A stretch of 64,000 nucleotides of DNA from Nitrospiraceae bacterium (GTDB lineage: Bacteria; Nitrospirota; Thermodesulfovibrionia; UBA6902), in NCBI GenBank assembly GCA_003599425.1, contig QZKC01000083.1:10372-74371 (forward strand), written 5' to 3'. The position numbers and the translations under genes are program-made. The notes below the pieces were generated by a model. That model was given only the letters and a program-made list of their open reading frames with translations, did not search any database and was not told the DNA's origin. Each line of letters begins with the position of its first letter. The stretch's first letter is position 1. Shown here in pieces: positions 61,022 through 64,000 of this stretch.

Positions 61022-64000
61022 CTACTGCACCTGAACATTCTCAAGCGTCGCTGTCCCGTTGCTTATCGTCATGTTGCCCTCTATCGTTGTCGTTCCCATT
61101 GATGTCGAATAGCTGCAGTCATATCCTCCCCTGATCGTCACCGCCTTATCAAGATCAATGTACATGTCACCGCTGAATATCAGGTCCTGACACTGTATCG
61201 TCGTCCCGTTTCCCGCATTGTCATAGGCCTCCTGCATGGTATTGTAATATGCTCCTCCAACCTTTGACGGTTTTGTCAACGGACAGTTGTCGCTCCCGTC
61301 AGACATTCCATCATTGTCGTCATCCGAATCCACACAGTCTGCCACTCCGTCACTGTCCGTGTCAGTATATCCCTCATCTATTACACTACTGCAGTTGTTG
61401 TCTGCACCGTCACACACTTCCATTGCTATGGGGTTGATCGCTGCATTACTGTCATTGCAGTCCGGCGCACTGCCGCCGGAGCACGTTGCACTGCCCGGAC
61501 TTCCATAGCCGTCACCGTCATTGTCATGATTGATTGTTATATAAATGGGGTAGTACCATACCCCTGATGTGAACGCCCTGCTGCTTCCATTCGGACAGTA
61601 AAGACTCTTCGATGCATTCGTCGTATGGTTCTCTGCCTGCGCGCTCATCGTCACCTTGTTGTAGTAATACCCTGATGCATCGCTCGTATAGGAATACCCA
61701 TTTGTCACCACCGTTACTCCTGATACCAAGTTCCCTGATGTATCCTTTATAAATCCCCATATGTGCGCATCGGCTGTTGTCCCGCTTTCTTCATAAATAG
61801 ACAGATCATACCCCGTATCATTTCCGTATACACCGCTCACATTGGTCACCCTCAGGTAATAATGTCCGGTATTGGGAATCGGATAGTAATGCAATTCTGA
61901 TGCGCCGTTGCCCCCGTTGTTCCATGTGGCCAGCGGGATTGGCGGGTTGGCTGTCACTCCCTCTTCATCAAACAGCTCAAATTTCACATTACTGTTTAAT
62001 CCAACATTCTTTGCTTCAAATGTGAACTCCTCATCCGTCACCGCATAGAACTTCACCCAGTCTTCATCATTGTTATTGAAAAAGTTGTGCTGCTGGGCAT
62101 ACCCGTCATCCAGAATGATCGGCTTTGCCTGTTCATAAGAATTATCAGGTTCATACAGGTCATCAAGTCCCTGCTGATACACCTTCGTCTCTGAAACAGC
62201 CGACACATTCCCCTCATTGTCTTTTGCGTATACTGTAACTGAGTACCAGCAACACCTTGTGAATATATCCGGTGTCACAGCCGTATAATCATTGGTTTCG
62301 CCCCCGATAGGCGACAATACAACAGTCGTTTGTGTCGGGATCGAGTCATATGGCCCTTTTGGATGGGTCACCACCGCCCACACCGGATCGTCCGTTGCGA
62401 GTATCCCCACCGTTGTTACGTCCTCCGCTGTTAACGTTGTACTAAGCTGCCCTGTTAATGGGTTGGGATCAGCAGATACCGAGCCTATCAGCGGGTCCTT
62501 GCCGGCAAACCGTATCCCCATACCTATGGTGTATTTCGACGCCGGCGCTCCGTCGTAACTCTCATTGCCGATCCCGTTGCCATTGTCATCAATCCATGTC
62601 ATCTGTTCCTGATTCGTTGAAAATTCCATGGCGCTTGCTGCATACAGATATGCGTCACGCACATTCCAGCCGTTCAGGACTTTTGACCATAAGTAGTGCG
62701 AAAATGATATATCTCCCCCTGATTGAAAGTATGCCGTGTTGCCGGAGCTTCCGATCAATATCCGGTCTTCACCGGATGTTGCCAGGGCAGAGCTGTATGC
62801 TCCTGAATAAGGGGCGTCGTAAATCACTGTAATCTTATTCCCCCCGATGCCCGTCTGCAGATTGTCAAGCCACACCTTGAGCGTATCAGCGGCAACCGTT
62901 TCCGTTGCATTGATAAAATATTGTCCGGTGTCCCCGTTCCCTATCATATAGAGCACGACGTCATGAGTATCTGCTGCTGCCCACGACTCGACTGCGCTCT
63001 GGAGATTCCCTGGGGTCGGGACTGAATCCTTAGGCTTCACCCCAGTTAAATCAAGAGGACTCAAGATGTACATGTCATCATCGGCATACCCCTGTTCTTT
63101 TAGCGCCTTGTAGGCCAGCGTGACATTATTCTCAACCGCAGGCCACAGTTCGTCGCCCGTAGGGTCAGGAAGGGTACCGGCTGCCACGAGGATGGCCCGT
63201 CTTCTCAGGGGATTTGCGCCTACGGTTGCGGAAGCATAAGCAGGAGCTGCAGAGTTGCCGTCCCTGTCGGAGGCGAAGACAAATATGTCATAGAGGCCTT
63301 CACTGGTAAATCCGTCATAGGTGCCCCTGTATTCCCCCGCAACGCCCGTCGGCATCAGGTCGATGTGAGGGAAGTCTTGTATCGCATTGTCAGAGGCCCC
63401 GGAAAGCAGGTCGTCCGGCAGTATGATCGCCCACACGCGCGAGATACCGTTATCGGCGTCTGTAACCCCTGATGCGGTTATATCCGCCCATGATTGCCCA
63501 TTGATCAAACTCGGACTTACCGTTACCCCTCCGATTACGGGCGTATCTCCCGGGACGACTGTTCCATTTCCTATGTAGGCGCTCCGGGCCAGATACCCGT
63601 CGTCACCCTGTTCAATCACTCCGGCCTGTCCATAGTCCTCATTCCCCAGTCCGTTCCCGGTATCATCCAGAAGCGGTCTTTGCCGGAAGCTTGGCGTAAT
63701 CGCAAGCGCATCCGTTGCAGCATCAAAGGCCGTCTTCACATCAGCGCCTTTAAATATCCAGGTCCAGAAAGACTCTGAAAAAGATAAAGTACCCTGAAGG
63801 GCAAATATCGCCTTTTCTTCAACGTCGGCGCTTGATATTACAATACGCTTCCTGTCGGGAGGGGAAGGCAAAGCTTGCAGGAAACTGCCCGACTCGCAGG
63901 CGTCATAGATAAGGGTCACGGTGTGACACTGGTTAAGAGTACCCGTCACCTTTACATCATCAACCTGCCACCAGAAGTCGTAATTGGCATTATAATAGCG
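61022..64000 (-). CDS. large secreted multidomain protein, 5'-partial: tandem legumain-like (C13) domains (one intact Cys motif, one degenerate), PPC-like, CarboxypepD_reg-like, MopE-like and TSP3 motifs
   Basis: The frame is open to the window edge (...RYYNANYDFWWQVDDVK before the track start). The first domain has LIYDACESGSF (legumain catalytic Cys context). The paralogous second domain reads VIYDAPYSGAY with MIGNGD where a GHG would be expected. The PPC-like block is DLYEPDNSYEQAKPI...DEDWVKFY...HYYLRVTN. The C-terminal part has DNDGDGYGSPGS...CNDSNAAINPIAMEVCDGADNNC and DTDSDGVADCVDSDDDNDGMSDGSDNCP. Confidence 0.75.
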   Translation of the reverse strand, partial: RYYNANYDFWWQVDDVKVTGTLNQCHTVTLIYDACESGSFLQALPSPPDRKRIVISSADVEEKAIFALQGTLSFSESFWTWIFKGADVKTAFDAATDALAITPSFRQRPLLDDTGNGLGNEDYGQAGVIEQGDDGYLARSAYIGNGTVVPGDTPVIGGVTVSPSLINGQSWADITASGVTDADNGISRVWAIILPDDLLSGASDNAIQDFPHIDLMPTGVAGEYRGTYDGFTSEGLYDIFVFASDRDGNSAAPAYASATVGANPLRRRAILVAAGTLPDPTGDELWPAVENNVTLAYKALKEQGYADDDMYILSPLDLTGVKPKDSVPTPGNLQSAVESWAAADTHDVVLYMIGNGDTGQYFINATETVAADTLKVWLDNLQTGIGGNKITVIYDAPYSGAYSSALATSGEDRILIGSSGNTAYFQSGGDISFSHYLWSKVLNGWNVRDAYLYAASAMEFSTNQEQMTWIDDNGNGIGNESYDGAPASKYTIGMGIRFAGKDPLIGSVSADPNPLTGQLSTTLTAEDVTTVGILATDDPVWAVVTHPKGPYDSIPTQTTVVLSPIGGETNDYTAVTPDIFTRCCWYSVTVYAKDNEGNVSAVSETKVYQQGLDDLYEPDNSYEQAKPIILDDGYAQQHNFFNNNDEDWVKFYAVTDEEFTFEAKNVGLNSNVKFELFDEEGVTANPPIPLATWNNGGNGASELHYYPIPNTGHYYLRVTNVSGVYGNDTGYDLSIYEESGTTADAHIWGFIKDTSGNLVSGVTVVTNGYSYTSDASGYYYNKVTMSAQAENHTTNASKSLYCPNGSSRAFTSGVWYYPIYITINHDNDGDGYGSPGSATCSGGSAPDCNDSNAAINPIAMEVCDGADNNCSSVIDEGYTDTDSDGVADCVDSDDDNDGMSDGSDNCPLTKPSKVGGAYYNTMQEAYDNAGNGTTIQCQDLIFSGDMYIDLDKAVTIRGGYDCSYSTSMGTTTIEGNMTISNGTATLENVQVQ

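Noticed and set aside
1-64000. Search for known defence, prophage or mobile-element hallmarks (integrase, transposase, Cas, restriction-modification, CBASS/Pycsar-type cyclase-effector pairs)
   Set aside because: I recognised none by eye. The class III cyclase has sensory PDZ/TM/GAF inputs and is not adjacent to the cNMP-binding genes. The cNMP-binding proteins carry rhodanese rather than TM or TIR killing domains. A Pycsar-like defence reading is therefore not supported.

Overview
This 64-kb chromosomal window has no rRNA, tRNA, CRISPR, transposase, integrase or phage genes that I can recognise. The taxon cannot be assigned from the sequence alone. The gene content suggests an anaerobic or microaerophilic nitrate-respiring bacterium.

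(1) Positions 1-29.5 kb mix housekeeping genes with a nitrate-ammonification module. The housekeeping genes are asnS, scpB, pth, L25/ctc, prs and lnt. The respiratory module is napAGHBD plus a TvNiR-type octaheme nitrite reductase. A haem-c (DUF3365) histidine kinase and an OmpR-type regulator sit between the two. A conserved array of four phased TTTACA-like direct repeats lies upstream of napA, of the octaheme gene and of a small ORF. This stretch also holds GH57, a PDZ-TM-GAF class III cyclase, an MBL-fold protein, an EF-hand protein and a few small genes.

(2) Positions 29.5-47.1 kb form one minus-strand cluster dominated by a 14.5-kb reading frame of about 4,828 codons. It encodes a signal peptide, beta-propeller repeats, TSP3 repeats, a LamG-like domain, MopE-like Cys motifs, four tandem LRR-type modules and a C-terminal HExxHxxGxxH metalloprotease motif. 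A single in-frame TGA breaks the frame and is followed 11 nt later by a hairpin. An ATGA overlap couples the giant gene to a K/W-rich secreted protein. An outer-membrane beta-barrel gene and a small secreted protein gene follow.

(3) Positions 47.5-58.1 kb are a signalling island. It contains a PAS-LuxR regulator and four paralogous genes of architecture cNMP-binding x2 + rhodanese. It also contains a STAS/RsbW partner-switching pair whose GAF-PP2C phosphatase gene is decayed, a stand-alone cNMP-binding protein and an AI-2E-type permease. An orphan PqiC-like lipoprotein gene sits next to an MlaD-like remnant. A glutaredoxin-like gene is invisible to the ORF track because its CxxC motif reads U(TGA)xxC, and a SECIS-like hairpin follows that TGA.

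(4) Positions 58.6-64 kb contain a DUF4160/DUF2442 pair, a FadL/PorV-like outer-membrane protein and a large 5'-partial exoprotein. The exoprotein has one legumain-like (C13) domain with an intact catalytic Cys motif and one degenerate copy.

A palindromic dispersed repeat (gtcattcc...ggaatccag...ctggattcc...ggaatgac) occurs at least four times in intergenic DNA.

All functional calls come from motif recognition by eye. No database search was run.
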